From positions 1 through 38,488 of the IMG/VR virus record IMGVR_UViG_3300022742_000002: a DNA stretch of 38,488 nt; one strand, written 5' to 3'. Shown piece after piece: positions 1 through 9,751 of this stretch (its first letter is position 1; each line of letters begins with the position of its first letter). The translations under genes were made by a program, and so were the position numbers. Under the pieces are notes generated by a model, which had not been told where the DNA came from, did no database searches, and worked only from the letters and a program-made list of their open reading frames with translations. The DNA is from a virus (Duplodnaviria; Caudoviricetes).

Positions 1-2
1 CC

Positions 3-3000
3 GGCGGCGAAGCCCAGGTCGGTGGCCAGATCCTCGGCCTTGGTCGCCTTGGACGTGGTCAGCGCCGTCTTGACGTCGTCGTTGGCGCCGGTCAGCTGGC
101 CGGTGCCGATCAGACCCTTCAGGCTCTCGCGCATGTAGAAGGCGATGGCCTCGTTCTGGTCGGTGAACGCGGTCTTCTGTCCGGCCTTCTCTCCCACGGT
201 CGGGGTGACGTACCACTTGCCGTCCTTGGCGAAATGCTGGATGAGCGCCGTGTTGGCGCCGTCGCCACCGGTCAGCTTGCCGCCGATCCCGCCAACGATG
301 GCGTTCATCGACGTCGCGACCGCATCCGTTACGGCCTGCATCTGACCGGCGTCGGCGCCGTTATCCGCCAACGCCACGTCGGTGCGGAACCCGCCCTTGC
401 CATTCAGGACGATGTTGCCGGAGCTGTTGGGGCCGACAGTCGCCTTCTGCGTGCCCAGCATGCCCAGGATGCCGCCGACAATCGCGCCGATTGCGATTCC
501 CCACGGACCGCCGATGGCCCCAAGCTCCATGGCAGACGCAAGATAGGCGGCCCCGCCACCCAGCGCCGCGCCGGACAAGCCACCCACCGCCTTGCTGTTG
601 GTGGCGGTGCCCAGATAGCCGCCGATGGTGCCGCCGATCGCGCCGGCGCCGGCGGCGCCCATATACCCCGACAGGCCGCCGCTGATGCCGCCGGCCTGGG
701 TGGAGGTGGAGGTGGCCGCCTTGGTGGCGACGTTGCCCACACCGCCTGGAACAGAGGCCACGCCAATGCCCTGTGCCGACGATGCCAGCCCGCCGGCAGT
801 CGAGGCCATCTGCGTCGTGGTCGAGGTCAGCTGCGTGCCGATGCCAAGGGTGCTGTAGCCCCAGCTATCGATAGAGGCCGACAAACCGCCTGGGATGACC
901 TTGTCGAGAGCCCAGCCAGCGCCCTTCGACAACGCGGTGTTGGTCAGGCTGCCGCCGATACCACCGCTCTGCCCTGCCTGTCCCGTTTGCCCGCCGTTGC
1001 CGCCGAACAGGTCGAAGAGGCTGGGCAGGTTGGTTCCCAGCACCGCGTTCTTGACCGGGTTGATGAGCGCCATCTTCAGCGCGAGTTGCTGCAACTCAAC
1101 GCTGACAGTGCCGATGGCGTCGGCCCACGACATGGTCGACTTGCCGGCGGCGGACAGCTTCTGCAGGATGGCATCGAAGCTGCGATCGCCGAACTGCTCC
1201 AGCTCCTGGTAGGCGGCGCTGGTCCGCTCCAGCGCCAGGTTCTGCCGGGCGAGCGCTTCGGCGTTGGCCAGATAGGCCTGCCCTTCCCGGCTGGCCGCGT
1301 CGATGTTGTGCTCGCGCAGGTCGATCAGCGCCTGGGTGCGGGCCAGCTCCACCGCGCGCTGTTCGGCCGACGCGCCGATCAGCTGCAGTTGCTTCTGCCC
1401 CAGCTCCAACTGGTCGCGCTGCTGCTGAAGCATCGGCCCGGCCGCCGCGGCCGACTCCAGCTGCTGCGCCTGGGTCAGCAGCTCGATGTAATGGGCCTTG
1501 GCCTCGGTGTAGCGCTGGGTGCCTTCCTCGCCTTCCTTCAGCGCCAGCGTGTGCGCCTGCTCGGCCACCTCGGCCGCCTTGACCGCCTTGGGGCCTTGCT
1601 CGTAGGCGTCCATCAGCGCCCGGGCAGACCGGATGCGGTCCTGGATCGGCTGGTCGGCGTCCTTGCGCAGCTGCTGGACGGTCAGCGCCTCCACCCGCGC
1701 CTCGGCCGCGGCGGCGGCATCGCCGTAGCCCTTCAGCCCGGCCGCCGCCACGCGGTTGGCCGCCGCCGCCGCGCGCTGGGCGGCCTCGCCCTTGCCGGCG
1801 GCAGCGGTCAGCCGCTGCTGGGCGGCGACGTCGATGGTGAGCTGGGTGACCTGCGCCCCGACCTCGCCGGCCAGCTCGGCCCGCGCCTTGCGCAGCAGCT
1901 GGGTGCGGGTGCTGCCCTCCTGCGCCGGGTCGAGGCCCTCGCGCAGCCGCTTGGCCACCTCCACCTCGACCTCGGCCGCCTTGATCGTCGCCGGATTGCC
2001 CGATGCCCGCGCCCGGGCCAGCTTTTCGGTGGCGTCGGCCTCCAGCGTCAGCAGCCGCACCGCTTCCGCCGACTCCGCCGGGACGATCTGGCTCTTCAGC
2101 CGGCCGCGCACGACGTCGCGCTGGGCGTCCCAGGTCTGATAGGCGGTGTCGTCGGAGGACCGGCCGCGATCCTGAAGGCCGGTGACGACGGGGGTTTTCT
2201 GCTCGGGCGGCGGCCCGACCATCTCCCCGACCCGCCGCTCCAGCCCTTCGGGCAGCGAGAGGGTCCAGTTTTTGCCGCTCAACTCGGCCAGCTTGGTGGC
2301 CACGCCGCCCACGGCCGAACCCAGCCCGGCAAAGCGCGAGGCGGCGGTGTCGGCGGTCTGGCCGGCGGCGAGCACCGCCTTGGCCGCCTCGTCGGCTGGG
2401 TCGTTCAGCAGCGCCAGCCGGGCGGCCAGCTCCTTGGACGTCTTGGCGGCGGCTTCCGCCTTGGTCGCCGGATCGGCCAGACGCTGCGCCAGATCCAGCA
2501 GCGGCTTGCCGGCGGCGCCGGCGTTCCGCCCAACCTCGTCCAGCACCCGCACCAGGTCGGCGATCGCTTCCGGATCGTCGGTCGCCGCCGCGCGGAAGGC
2601 CTGGAAGGCGACGCGCAGGCGGTCCACTTGGTCGGCCGCCAGCCCCATCTGTTCATAGACGCGGGCCGAGCTGGCGGTATCGGTGGACAGGTTCCAGTCG
2701 CCCGACACCGGCCGTGCCACTGAATCCGGGCGGTAGACCGCTGCCGATGCGGCGGTGCGCTGGGCGGTGATCGCCTTGGCCTGCTCGGCCAGGGCCTCGC
2801 CCAACTTGATGCGGGTGACCGCCCGCATGCTGTCGGACAGGCGCCCGTACTGGGTGGCCAGCTGCTCGACGTCCGCGGCCGAGTCCTTCACCGCGTCCTG
2901 GGCGGCGCGCTGCGCCTGCTCGAAGCTGTCGGCCGCCGCTTCGGCCGCCGTGGTGCGGGTGGCGAAGACCGCCACCGCCGCAGCACCGGCCAGCAGCGCC

Positions 3001-4508
3001 GCTCCCCAAGGCCCGCCGACCACCCCGAGCATGCCGGCGCCGGCGGCCTTCACCCCGTTCCAGGCCGCGGTCAGCAGCGAAGCGCGCTGCGCCAGGGCGA
3101 GGCTCGCGGCGTTGGCGCTCACCGCCATCGTGGTGAGGTGGGCGTCGGCCGCCACCACGGCCTCGCCGGCCGCCGCGGTGGCGAGCTGGGCAGCGCGCAG
3201 CCGGGCGAGCGAGGCCATCTTTTCCGCGTCGGCTGCGATCGACGCCTCGCGCGCCATCACCACGGTGGCCTCGGCGTCGCGCTCCGTCGCAAGCGCCTTG
3301 GCCAGTACATAGACGTTGGTGGTGAGTGCCGTCTTGGCCCGGGCCGACGTCAGCGCCGACTCTGCCGATGCCAGCGTGGTTGCCGCGCTGCCGGCGGCGG
3401 CGGACTTGGCCGCGAACTCCGCCTCGGCCGCCTGCACCGTCGCAACCGTGGCCGCCCGCGCGGTCTGCGTGCGGATCAGATCCTGCGCCGCCGCCAGCTT
3501 CTCCGCATTGGCCGCCTCGGCCGTGGCCACCGCCTTGGCGTAGAGCGCGACGCGCTGGTCGTCGATCGCCTGGGTCACCGCGGCAATGCCGGTCGGCATC
3601 ATGCGCGCCGCGGCGATGGCACCCATCGCCAGAGCGGCGCCGCCGGCGGCCTTGGTCACCGCATCGAGATTGTCGGCCAGCACCAGGATGCCGGAGGAAA
3701 TGCCGGCGGTCAGCCCCACCGCCTGGTTCATGTGGCCGATCTGGCGCTGGGCGGTGTTGGCCAGCACCGTCAGGCTGTCCGACACCGTGGTCGCCATGTG
3801 GCCGAACTCGGTGTCGATGGCGGTGCCCTGCTTCAGCAGCGCGGTCACCACCTTGTCGGCGGTCAGCGCCCCCTGCTCGGCCAGCGACTTCAGCGCGCCC
3901 CGCGGCACGCCCAGCCCGTCGGCCAGGGCCTTGGCCAGCCGCGGCGAGGCCTCCATCACCGAATTGAACTCGTCGCCGCGCAACACGCCGCTGGCCATCG
4001 CCTGCGACAGCTGGACCAGCGCACCGGCGGCGGTGCCGGCCTCGGTGCCCGAGATCTTGAAGGTCTTGGAGATGGTCTCGGTCAGCCGGATCACCTCGCC
4101 CTGGGACTTGCCCATGGTCAGCGCAGCGTCGGCAAGCGAGGTGTAGAGCCCGACCGTGGGCTCCATGGCCGAGCGGGCGCGCTGGGCGGCCTGGAACAGC
4201 TGTTCCTGGACGGCCACCGCCTTCTCGCCGGCACCGGCATAAAGCGCGATTTTCGAGGCGGACAGACTCCAGGCGTCGGCCGCCTTGATCGCCTCGCCAG
4301 CACCTTGCGCCAGCCCGATGCCGGCGATCACGCCGGCGACGCGGCCGGCGGCACCGCCCAGCGCGTCGAAGCTGGAGGAAGCCCGACGCACGGACCCGTC
4401 GACGCGGCCGGCGAACTGGTCGACGCGGGCTTCCGCCTGCGACAGCACGCGCCGCAGTCCAGAGTCGTCCGCGCCAACCGGCACCATCATGCCGGGGAAA
4501 TCAGCCAT
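3..4508 (-). CDS. Tail tape measure protein (partial, runs off the left edge, >1500 aa)
   Basis: ATG at 4508 with a GGAG RBS. N-terminus MADFPGMMVPVGADDSGLRR...QLSQAMASGVLRGDEFNSVMEASPRLAKALADGLG is the tape-measure N-terminal motif. Ala/Gly-rich, follows the tail chaperones, same frame at both ends. Absent from the ORF track because there is no stop in the window; interior not checked codon by codon. Confidence 0.93.
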   Translation of the reverse strand, partial: MADFPGMMVPVGADDSGLRRVLSQAEARVDQFAGRVDGSVRRASSSFDALGGAAGRVAGVIAGIGLAQGAGEAIKAADAWSLSASKIALYAGAGEKAVAVQEQLFQAAQRARSAMEPTVGLYTSLADAALTMGKSQGEVIRLTETISKTFKISGTEAGTAAGALVQLSQAMASGVLRGDEFNSVMEASPRLAKALADGLGVPRGALKSLAEQGALTADKVVTALLKQGTAIDTEFGHMATTVSDSLTVLANTAQRQIGHMNQAVGLTAGISSGILVLADNLDAVTKAAGGAALAMGAIAAARMMPTGIAAVTQAIDDQRVALYAKAVATAEAANAEKLAAAQDLIRTQTARAATVATVQAAEAEFAAKSAAAGSAATTLASAESALTSARAKTALTTNVYVLAKALATERDAEATVVMAREASIAADAEKMASLARLRAAQLATAAAGEAVVAADAHLTTMAVSANAASLALAQRASLLTAAWNGVKAAGAGMLGVVGGPWGAALLAGAAAVAVFATRTTAAEAAADSFEQAQRAAQDAVKDSAADVEQLATQYGRLSDSMRAVTRIKLGEALAEQAKAITAQRTAASAAVYRPDSVARPVSGDWNLSTDTASSARVYEQMGLAADQVDRLRVAFQAFRAAATDDPEAIADLVRVLDEVGRNAGAAGKPLLDLAQRLADPATKAEAAAKTSKELAARLALLNDPADEAAKAVLAAGQTADTAASRFAGLGSAVGGVATKLAELSGKNWTLSLPEGLERRVGEMVGPPPEQKTPVVTGLQDRGRSSDDTAYQTWDAQRDVVRGRLKSQIVPAESAEAVRLLTLEADATEKLARARASGNPATIKAAEVEVEVAKRLREGLDPAQEGSTRTQLLRKARAELAGEVGAQVTQLTIDVAAQQRLTAAAGKGEAAQRAAAAANRVAAAGLKGYGDAAAAAEARVEALTVQQLRKDADQPIQDRIRSARALMDAYEQGPKAVKAAEVAEQAHTLALKEGEEGTQRYTEAKAHYIELLTQAQQLESAAAAGPMLQQQRDQLELGQKQLQLIGASAEQRAVELARTQALIDLREHNIDAASREGQAYLANAEALARQNLALERTSAAYQELEQFGDRSFDAILQKLSAAGKSTMSWADAIGTVSVELQQLALKMALINPVKNAVLGTNLPSLFDLFGGNGGQTGQAGQSGGIGGSLTNTALSKGAGWALDKVIPGGLSASIDSWGYSTLGIGTQLTSTTTQMASTAGGLASSAQGIGVASVPGGVGNVATKAATSTSTQAGGISGGLSGYMGAAGAGAIGGTIGGYLGTATNSKAVGGLSGAALGGGAAYLASAMELGAIGGPWGIAIGAIVGGILGMLGTQKATVGPNSSGNIVLNGKGGFRTDVALADNGADAGQMQAVTDAVATSMNAIVGGIGGKLTGGDGANTALIQHFAKDGKWYVTPTVGEKAGQKTAFTDQNEAIAFYMRESLKGLIGTGQLTGANDDVKTALTTSKATKAEDLATDLGFAA

Positions 4509-4526
4509 GCCGGTCTCCGGAAACGA

Positions 4527-4553
4527 AAAGGGCGCCGGTCACCCGGCGCCCCT
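4527..4553 (-). terminator. Intrinsic terminator-like hairpin upstream of the tape measure gene
   Basis: Minus strand GGGGCGCCGG-GTGA-CCGGCGCCC followed by TTTT. Confidence 0.45.
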
Positions 4554-4778
4554 GCCCTGTTCCGGGCGCTTCAGGCCGAACACGGCCCGCGCCCGATCCT
4601 TCAGCTCCGTCACGTCCTTGGGCTTGCGGCGCATCTTGCGCTTGGCCCCCGGTGTGGTGGCGGCGAGGAAATCGACCTTCCCGTCCAGGGCCAGCTGGAT
4701 GTCGGGGAACGGGGCGTCCAGCGCCTCGCTGCGCGACCATCCCAGCCAGCCCGTGGCGTACTGGAACATCTGCTCCAC
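4539..4778 (-). CDS. Tail assembly chaperone, gpT-like part (probably made as a frameshift fusion)
   Basis: Lies between the gpG-like gene and the tape measure gene. It is in the -1 frame of the upstream gene and open back to the GGGGGAA heptamer. Confidence 0.75.
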   Translation of the reverse strand: MEQMFQYATGWLGWSRSEALDAPFPDIQLALDGKVDFLAATTPGAKRKMRRKPKDVTELKDRARAVFGLKRPEQGRGAG

Positions 4779-4792
4779 ATACTCCGAGAAGG

Positions 4793-5182
4793 TCAGACGG
4801 CTTCCCCCGATGCGGCGGCCTCGTTGCCGGTGTCACCCTTCGCGGGCTTGGCGGGTTCCGTCTTCGGCGCCTTGCCGCCGCCGGCGAGGAAATTCAGGAA
4901 CAGCAGCACCTGCGGTGCGACGATGACGACACCCTCGGCGAAGATCGCCTCGGCGGTGGCCTCGGCCTGCTTGCCGACGCGGCCGGCGGCGGCGTTGACG
5001 ACGTTCACCAGCGTGTCGAAGTCGAAGGCGTTGGTGTTGGTGAAGGCCTGCTGCAGGCCGCCATACAGGCGGCAGATGGTGCGCGAGGCGCGGACATTGG
5101 CGAACAGCTCGACGTCTTCGCCGTCGAGGCTGATGGTCATCACGCCGTGCGCGAAGCGCGGCGCCGTGCTGGGGGCGGTCAT
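4793..5182 (-). CDS. Tail assembly chaperone, gpG-like
   Basis: 129 aa, between major tail and tape measure genes, with a slippery site just before the stop. Confidence 0.8.
   Translation of the reverse strand: MTAPSTAPRFAHGVMTISLDGEDVELFANVRASRTICRLYGGLQQAFTNTNAFDFDTLVNVVNAAAGRVGKQAEATAEAIFAEGVVIVAPQVLLFLNFLAGGGKAPKTEPAKPAKGDTGNEAAASGEAV
4802..4808 (-). other. -1 programmed ribosomal frameshift site G GGG GAA
   Basis: Minus strand TCG GGG GAA GCC GTC TGA. The -1 frame reads GGG GGA AGC CGT CTG ACC TTC TCG GAG TAT GTG into ORF 4539-4778. Confidence 0.8.
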
Positions 5183-5254
5183 GGCAGGATCTCGCTTTGG
5201 ACAGGGGAAGGGGCCGGCAGCCAGGGCGGGCTGCCGGCAACAGGACGCCGGCGC

Positions 5255-5731
5255 TTACGGGGCGTGGGCGGCCACCTCGATCGGTTCGGCGTCGATTTCG
5301 AGGCCGACACTGGCCTCGATCACCTTGTCGTTGCCGCCGATCTCGGTGGTGTAGGACATGACGTAGGCGCGCATGTAGATCGTGGTCGGCGTGCCGGTGT
5401 CGGGGGCGTCGTCGAACTCGATCTTAATGTTGTAGGCCGCCTTGCGGTTCTTGGCGGCGGCGCGGATCGCCGTCTGGCCGGCGCCGGTCGGCACCCGGGC
5501 CAGCTTCAGCGTGGCCGATCCGTGATCGACGGTGCCCTTCTTCTTGTGGACCGCACCGTCGCCCAGCGTCTTGTAGGTGACCTTTTCGAAGGTCTCGCCG
5601 AACGCGCCGATGTCCTGGATCTCTTCGACCTCGGTCCAGGCGAGCGCCTTGAACTGCACTTCGGTGGTGCACAGGGCGGTGGTGGAAATGAACAGCCGCG
5701 TACCGGCGCTCTGAACAGCGTTGCCGCTCAT
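5255..5731 (-). CDS. Major tail (tube) protein
   Basis: 158 aa with WTEVEEIQDIGAFGETFEKVTYKTL...KKGTVDHG; position in the siphovirus tail operon. Confidence 0.88.
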   Translation of the reverse strand: MSGNAVQSAGTRLFISTTALCTTEVQFKALAWTEVEEIQDIGAFGETFEKVTYKTLGDGAVHKKKGTVDHGSATLKLARVPTGAGQTAIRAAAKNRKAAYNIKIEFDDAPDTGTPTTIYMRAYVMSYTTEIGGNDKVIEASVGLEIDAEPIEVAAHAP

Positions 5732-5752
5732 GGGAATGCCCCTCCTTCGGGC

Positions 5753-5783
5753 AAAGAAAAAGCCGCCCGAACTTCGAGCGGCC
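5753..5783 (-). terminator. Intrinsic terminator-like hairpin
   Basis: Minus strand GCCGCTCGAAGTTCGGGCGGC followed by TTTTTCTTT. Confidence 0.55.
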
Positions 5784-5810
5784 GGGAAAGCTCCGGAAGC
5801 TCCGGAGGGC

Positions 5811-6230
5811 TCAGGCGTCGGGTTGGCCGAACGTCGTCTGGTAGGTCACGGCGAACTGCAGGCGGGTCACCCCGGCCTTCAGCTCGCCGCTGGTCAGGCG
5901 GTCGGTGACGGTGCGCACCAGCTCGATGCGGTCGAGCGCCCCGCCGAAGCGGCCGCCGCCGGCGATCGCCTGCTCGATGCGCAGCGCCATGGCGTCGAGC
6001 TGGTCGTCCAGGTCGGCGCCGGCGCGGACGTAGCCGTCGACATAGAGGTCCATGCGCCGCATCTGGCGCCGGCTCCCCATGGTGATTTCCTGCGTCGCCT
6101 CGTCGGGTGTGAACAGGCCGATGCAGGGCAGCGCGTCCGGCTGCAGCGGATCGTCCCGGTTGGCGGTGACGGGAGCGACGGAGGCAAGCGCCACGGCGAT
6201 GACGCTGCGGATCCGGGTGCGGGGGTGCAT
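5811..6230 (-). CDS. Tail terminator / tail completion protein
   Basis: 139 aa beginning MHPRTRIR, with LDDQLDAMALRIEQAI; directly upstream of the tail tube gene. Confidence 0.75.
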   Translation of the reverse strand: MHPRTRIRSVIAVALASVAPVTANRDDPLQPDALPCIGLFTPDEATQEITMGSRRQMRRMDLYVDGYVRAGADLDDQLDAMALRIEQAIAGGGRFGGALDRIELVRTVTDRLTSGELKAGVTRLQFAVTYQTTFGQPDA

Positions 6231-6532
6231 CAGCGCGCCTCCCGCAACAGCAGGACGGTCATGCCCTGCCCGTCCGGCCGCGGCTCGGACACCGTGAAGG
6301 CCAGACCGCGCAGCTCGACGGTGGTGCCGGCGGGCACCGGTCCGCCCAGGTCGGCGTCGACCACGGCCAGCGAGGTCATCAGGGTGGAGACCGGCCCGTC
6401 GTCGGTGTCCGCCTGGTAATGCCGGCGGTCGAAGATGCCGGTGACGGTCGCATCGGACCGGCCGGCCCGGCGGATCACCGCCGGCTCACCGAAGGTGCCG
6501 ACGCAGGCGGCGTTGAGGTCATCGAAGAACAC
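6230..6532 (-). CDS. Head-tail joining protein (gpFII-like)
   Basis: 100 aa, FDDLN...FGEPA...TGIFD...PDGQGMTVLLL; TGATG coupling to the next gene. Confidence 0.8.
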   Translation of the reverse strand: MFFDDLNAACVGTFGEPAVIRRAGRSDATVTGIFDRRHYQADTDDGPVSTLMTSLAVVDADLGGPVPAGTTVELRGLAFTVSEPRPDGQGMTVLLLREAR

Positions 6533-6548
6533 GGGCGTGCCTCCAAAC

Positions 6549-6580
6549 GCGACGGGCGGCCCGAAGGCCGCCCGTGTCGC
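6549..6580. terminator. GC-rich hairpin after the capsid genes
   Basis: ACGGGCGGCC-CGAA-GGCCGCCCGT inverted repeat in the intergenic gap. Confidence 0.5.
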
Positions 6581-6612
6581 GTCGCTGATGGTGATGGCGC
6601 CAATGATGCCGG

Positions 6613-6942
6613 TCAGCCCTGCAGGGCGGCCCAGGCCTGGTCGCGCTGGTCGGCGGTGATGTCCGTCCCCAGCACGTCGCCCAGCGCCTTCAGCTCCGGC
6701 TTGCCGCCTTTGAAGTGCTTGGCATTGGCCGGGTCGAGCTGGCCGATCGCCGCGATGATGCGGTCGAGCGGCAGGGCCTCCGCCTCGGCTTCGTCACCCG
6801 GCTTCACCCAGCGGGCAAAGCCGCGGGCCACCAGGGAAGCGGCCTGTTCGTCCTCCGGGTCCTTGACTTCGATGACGGCCCCCGGCCGCAGCGTGGTCTC
6901 CTTGGCCACCTTCACAGTGGCCAGCAGGCGCAGCTTGGCCAT
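6613..6942 (-). CDS. Head-associated protein at the gpFI position
   Basis: 109 aa directly after the major capsid gene; function inferred from synteny only. Confidence 0.6.
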   Translation of the reverse strand: MAKLRLLATVKVAKETTLRPGAVIEVKDPEDEQAASLVARGFARWVKPGDEAEAEALPLDRIIAAIGQLDPANAKHFKGGKPELKALGDVLGTDITADQRDQAWAALQG

Positions 6943-6945
6943 GGC

Positions 6946-7971
6946 TCACCTCACCGTCGCGCACATGCAGGCGTTGGGACGCCGCGGGTAGACCAGCGGC
7001 GCCGACTGGCTCAGCAGCATGCGCCGGCCCGGGTTCTCTTCGATCCAGCTCTTGGGGAAGACCTCCAGGGCCTGGTAGCCGGCGCGCGGGTCGAGGATGG
7101 CGCCATGGGCCTGGATGCCCTCCATGGCGCCGGTGGCGCCCAGCAGCACCGTGTAGTCCGGCAGCAGCTCCTTGGTGGCGCCAGCGTCCTTATAGGTGTC
7201 GTTGTAGGTGTAGAACTCCACCATCCCGATCCGGCCCTTGAACACCGGGGTGCCGGGCACTCCGGGCTGGAAGCCCATCTGGACGATGGCGGCCTGCCCC
7301 AGCGTGCGGTCGAGCACCTTCTCCAGCTTGGGGTCGGCCTCGAACAGCGCCCAGGCCTTGGCGTCCATCACCACAACATTGACCGCGGCGCCGGACTTGC
7401 GCCCCACCAGGTCGATCCATTCCGACACGTCGGCATAGGGGGACACCCCAGCCTCGCCCCAGCGGGCGTCGGCAGACAGCACCAGCGACAGATCGCCGTC
7501 GCGCTGGAAGTCCACCAGGACCTGCGGGTAATCGTCGCCCTTCACCACGCACTTGCCGGTGCGCAGGACCTCGGCCGCCATCACCTCCTTGCGACGCAGG
7601 ATCTGGTTCAGCTGGCGCTGAAGCTTGCTGCCCAGGATGGCCTGTTCGCGGGCGCCGGCCGAGAGGGTGCCGGTCAGCGGCTCGCCGGCCAGCCGGCGCA
7701 GCGGCTCGCCCGGCTTGATGTCGTGCAGCGGCTTCACATAGGCCGGGGCGAACATCCGGGTCTCATAGCCGGTGTCCGACCCGACGCGGCCGGCGGCGAG
7801 TGGCGAGACGAAGGGGGCGATCTCGATGTCATCGACCTCGACGTCGAAGACGATCTTTTCGTCGTCGCTGAAGCTGGCCAGCGGGAAGAACATGTTCAGC
7901 AGGAAGCGGGGGGCCTTGGCGCGCAGCGACTGCAGCACCCCCAGCATGGCAAGGGTCGAATAGATGTCCAT
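6946..7971 (-). CDS. Major capsid protein, lambda gpE family
   Basis: 341 aa; IAPFVSP, PAYVKP, RRKEVMAAEVLRTG and the C-terminal SQSAPL motif. Confidence 0.95.
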   Translation of the reverse strand: MDIYSTLAMLGVLQSLRAKAPRFLLNMFFPLASFSDDEKIVFDVEVDDIEIAPFVSPLAAGRVGSDTGYETRMFAPAYVKPLHDIKPGEPLRRLAGEPLTGTLSAGAREQAILGSKLQRQLNQILRRKEVMAAEVLRTGKCVVKGDDYPQVLVDFQRDGDLSLVLSADARWGEAGVSPYADVSEWIDLVGRKSGAAVNVVVMDAKAWALFEADPKLEKVLDRTLGQAAIVQMGFQPGVPGTPVFKGRIGMVEFYTYNDTYKDAGATKELLPDYTVLLGATGAMEGIQAHGAILDPRAGYQALEVFPKSWIEENPGRRMLLSQSAPLVYPRRPNACMCATVR

Positions 7972-7983
7972 GGGTGGGTGTCC

Positions 7984-8343
7984 TCAGAGGAAGATCGACA
8001 GGTCGCGCAGCGCGTCGGCCGCCGACGCGGCGGAGTGGCCGGCGCCGAAGGTCAGCTCGCCCGCGTTGAACTCGCCGGTCAGGTAGACGACGGCGATCAC
8101 GTCGGACAGGCTGGCGTCCACCGGCTCGGCCAGGATGGCGCGCACCGCTTCGGAGCCGTCATTGGCGGCAGCAGCCGACAGGGTGAACTTTTTGCTGGCC
8201 GCGATGCGGCCGAGCACGGCGCCGGCTTTGAGCACACCGGCGCCGCTGGCGACGGTCACCAGCCGGGTGATGCGCGGGAACTCGCCGGCGATCAGGGACG
8301 GCAGCGGCTGACTGGTCAGGGAGGAGAAGCTGGCGGAGGTCAT
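7984..8343 (-). CDS. Head decoration protein, lambda gpD family
   Basis: 119 aa; GAVLGRI...DGSE...AILA...YLTGEFN; directly upstream of the capsid gene. Confidence 0.9.
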   Translation of the reverse strand: MTSASFSSLTSQPLPSLIAGEFPRITRLVTVASGAGVLKAGAVLGRIAASKKFTLSAAAANDGSEAVRAILAEPVDASLSDVIAVVYLTGEFNAGELTFGAGHSAASAADALRDLSIFL

Positions 8344-8891
8344 CGGGTGCCGTCCTTCTTCGGAATGAGCCCGACGGCGGCCATGCTGGCCAGCACCGCG
8401 GCGGCGGCCTTCTGGTCGTCGCTCAGGCTGCCGGCATCGCTGGAGGCGCCGACGGTCGGGTTGGGGTGGGCATCCATGGCGGCGAGCGCCAGCGGGTTGC
8501 CGGTGGAGACAGAAGCATCGGGCGCGGCGGCGCCGATCGGCGCCGCCTCCAACACGGCACAGGCCTGCTCGACCGTCAGGTCGGTGTTGAAGGCTAGGTG
8601 GGCGGCGAGTTGGACGCGGCCGGCAGCGGCCGACGCGGCGAAGATCGCGGCGCCCCGCTCCCGCTCATTTGGGGCAACGGCCTGCTGGCCGCCGGCGGTC
8701 TTGTCGCCCCCGTCGCCATTGCCGGGCCCGTCCTTTTCCTCGCCGTCCTTCGGCTTGTCCTTGCCCTCGTCCTTCTGGTTGGCATCGTCGCCGGTGCCGG
8801 CCTTGGTGGTGTCGGTGCCCGCCTGGGTCTCCCCGTCCGCAGCCTTGGAGCGGCCGAAGGGGTTCAGGTGAGCGAAGCTGAACGTCTTCAC
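8340..8891 (-). CDS. Capsid scaffolding protein (Nu3-like)
   Basis: 183 aa with a low-complexity N-terminus, then ERERGAAIF...AAHLAFNTDLTVEQA; between protease and decoration genes. Confidence 0.7.
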   Translation of the reverse strand: MKTFSFAHLNPFGRSKAADGETQAGTDTTKAGTGDDANQKDEGKDKPKDGEEKDGPGNGDGGDKTAGGQQAVAPNERERGAAIFAASAAAGRVQLAAHLAFNTDLTVEQACAVLEAAPIGAAAPDASVSTGNPLALAAMDAHPNPTVGASSDAGSLSDDQKAAAAVLASMAAVGLIPKKDGTR

Positions 8892-9736
8892 TGGGTGTCC
8901 CTCACATGATCCACCAGAGCCGAAAAGGCCTGGTCGGGTGGCAGGACCGCATCGGCCAGCCCAAGGCGCACGGCCTCAGCGGTGCCGACCGGCCCCTCAA
9001 AGCAGCGGGCCTCTGTGGCAAGGACCGCCGCCACGTCCAGCCCGCGGGCGCGGGCGACGGTTTCGGCGAAGAGCTGGCGCAGCGCGTCGACCTGTCCCTG
9101 CCAGTCGGCGCGCACCGCCTCGGGCAGCGCGGCATAGGGGTGACCGTCGGTCTTGTGGGCGCCGGACTGGACGATGGTCGGCTTCAGCCCGGCCTCCTCC
9201 AGCATGCGGGAATAGTCCCAATGCATCAGCCAGACGCCGATCGACCCCACGCCACCGGTGCGCGGCACCGCGATGCTGTCGGCGGCGCAGGCGATGGCGT
9301 AGGCGGCGGAATAGGCCTCTTCGCTGCAGATGGCCGCCACCGGCTTGCCCGTCGCCGTCTTTGTGGCGACGATCCAGTCCACCAGATCGAAACAGCCCTG
9401 GGCGATGCCGCCGCCGCTGTCGATGTCCAGGCAGACGGCGCGGACGTCCGGATCGGCGAAGGCATGCGCCAGCTGGAAGCGCAGCCCGTCGTAGCCGGTG
9501 GCCCAGCCGGCGCCGATGTAGCCCAGCTTGGGCAGCAACAGCCCGGCGACCGACACCACCGCCACGCCCTGGTCGATCTCATAGGGCCGGCGCGTGCCGT
9601 TGACCTCGCCCAGCCGGTAGCAGCCGGCCGGCAGCTCCCCGCCGACGTGGTTTGCCTGGGTCAGCTGCACCATGCGCGCAGCCGCCGTCTCGGCCCACGC
9701 TGGGGCTACCAGCACGGGCTGCATCGTCTTCAGCAT
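8888..9736 (-). CDS. Prohead protease, S49 family (gpC-like)
   Basis: LDIDSGGG, AYSAAYAIA, GGVGSIGV and SGAHKTDG motifs. Confidence 0.95.
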   Translation of the reverse strand: MLKTMQPVLVAPAWAETAAARMVQLTQANHVGGELPAGCYRLGEVNGTRRPYEIDQGVAVVSVAGLLLPKLGYIGAGWATGYDGLRFQLAHAFADPDVRAVCLDIDSGGGIAQGCFDLVDWIVATKTATGKPVAAICSEEAYSAAYAIACAADSIAVPRTGGVGSIGVWLMHWDYSRMLEEAGLKPTIVQSGAHKTDGHPYAALPEAVRADWQGQVDALRQLFAETVARARGLDVAAVLATEARCFEGPVGTAEAVRLGLADAVLPPDQAFSALVDHVRDTQ

Positions 9737-9751
9737 GTCAGGGGGACTCCG

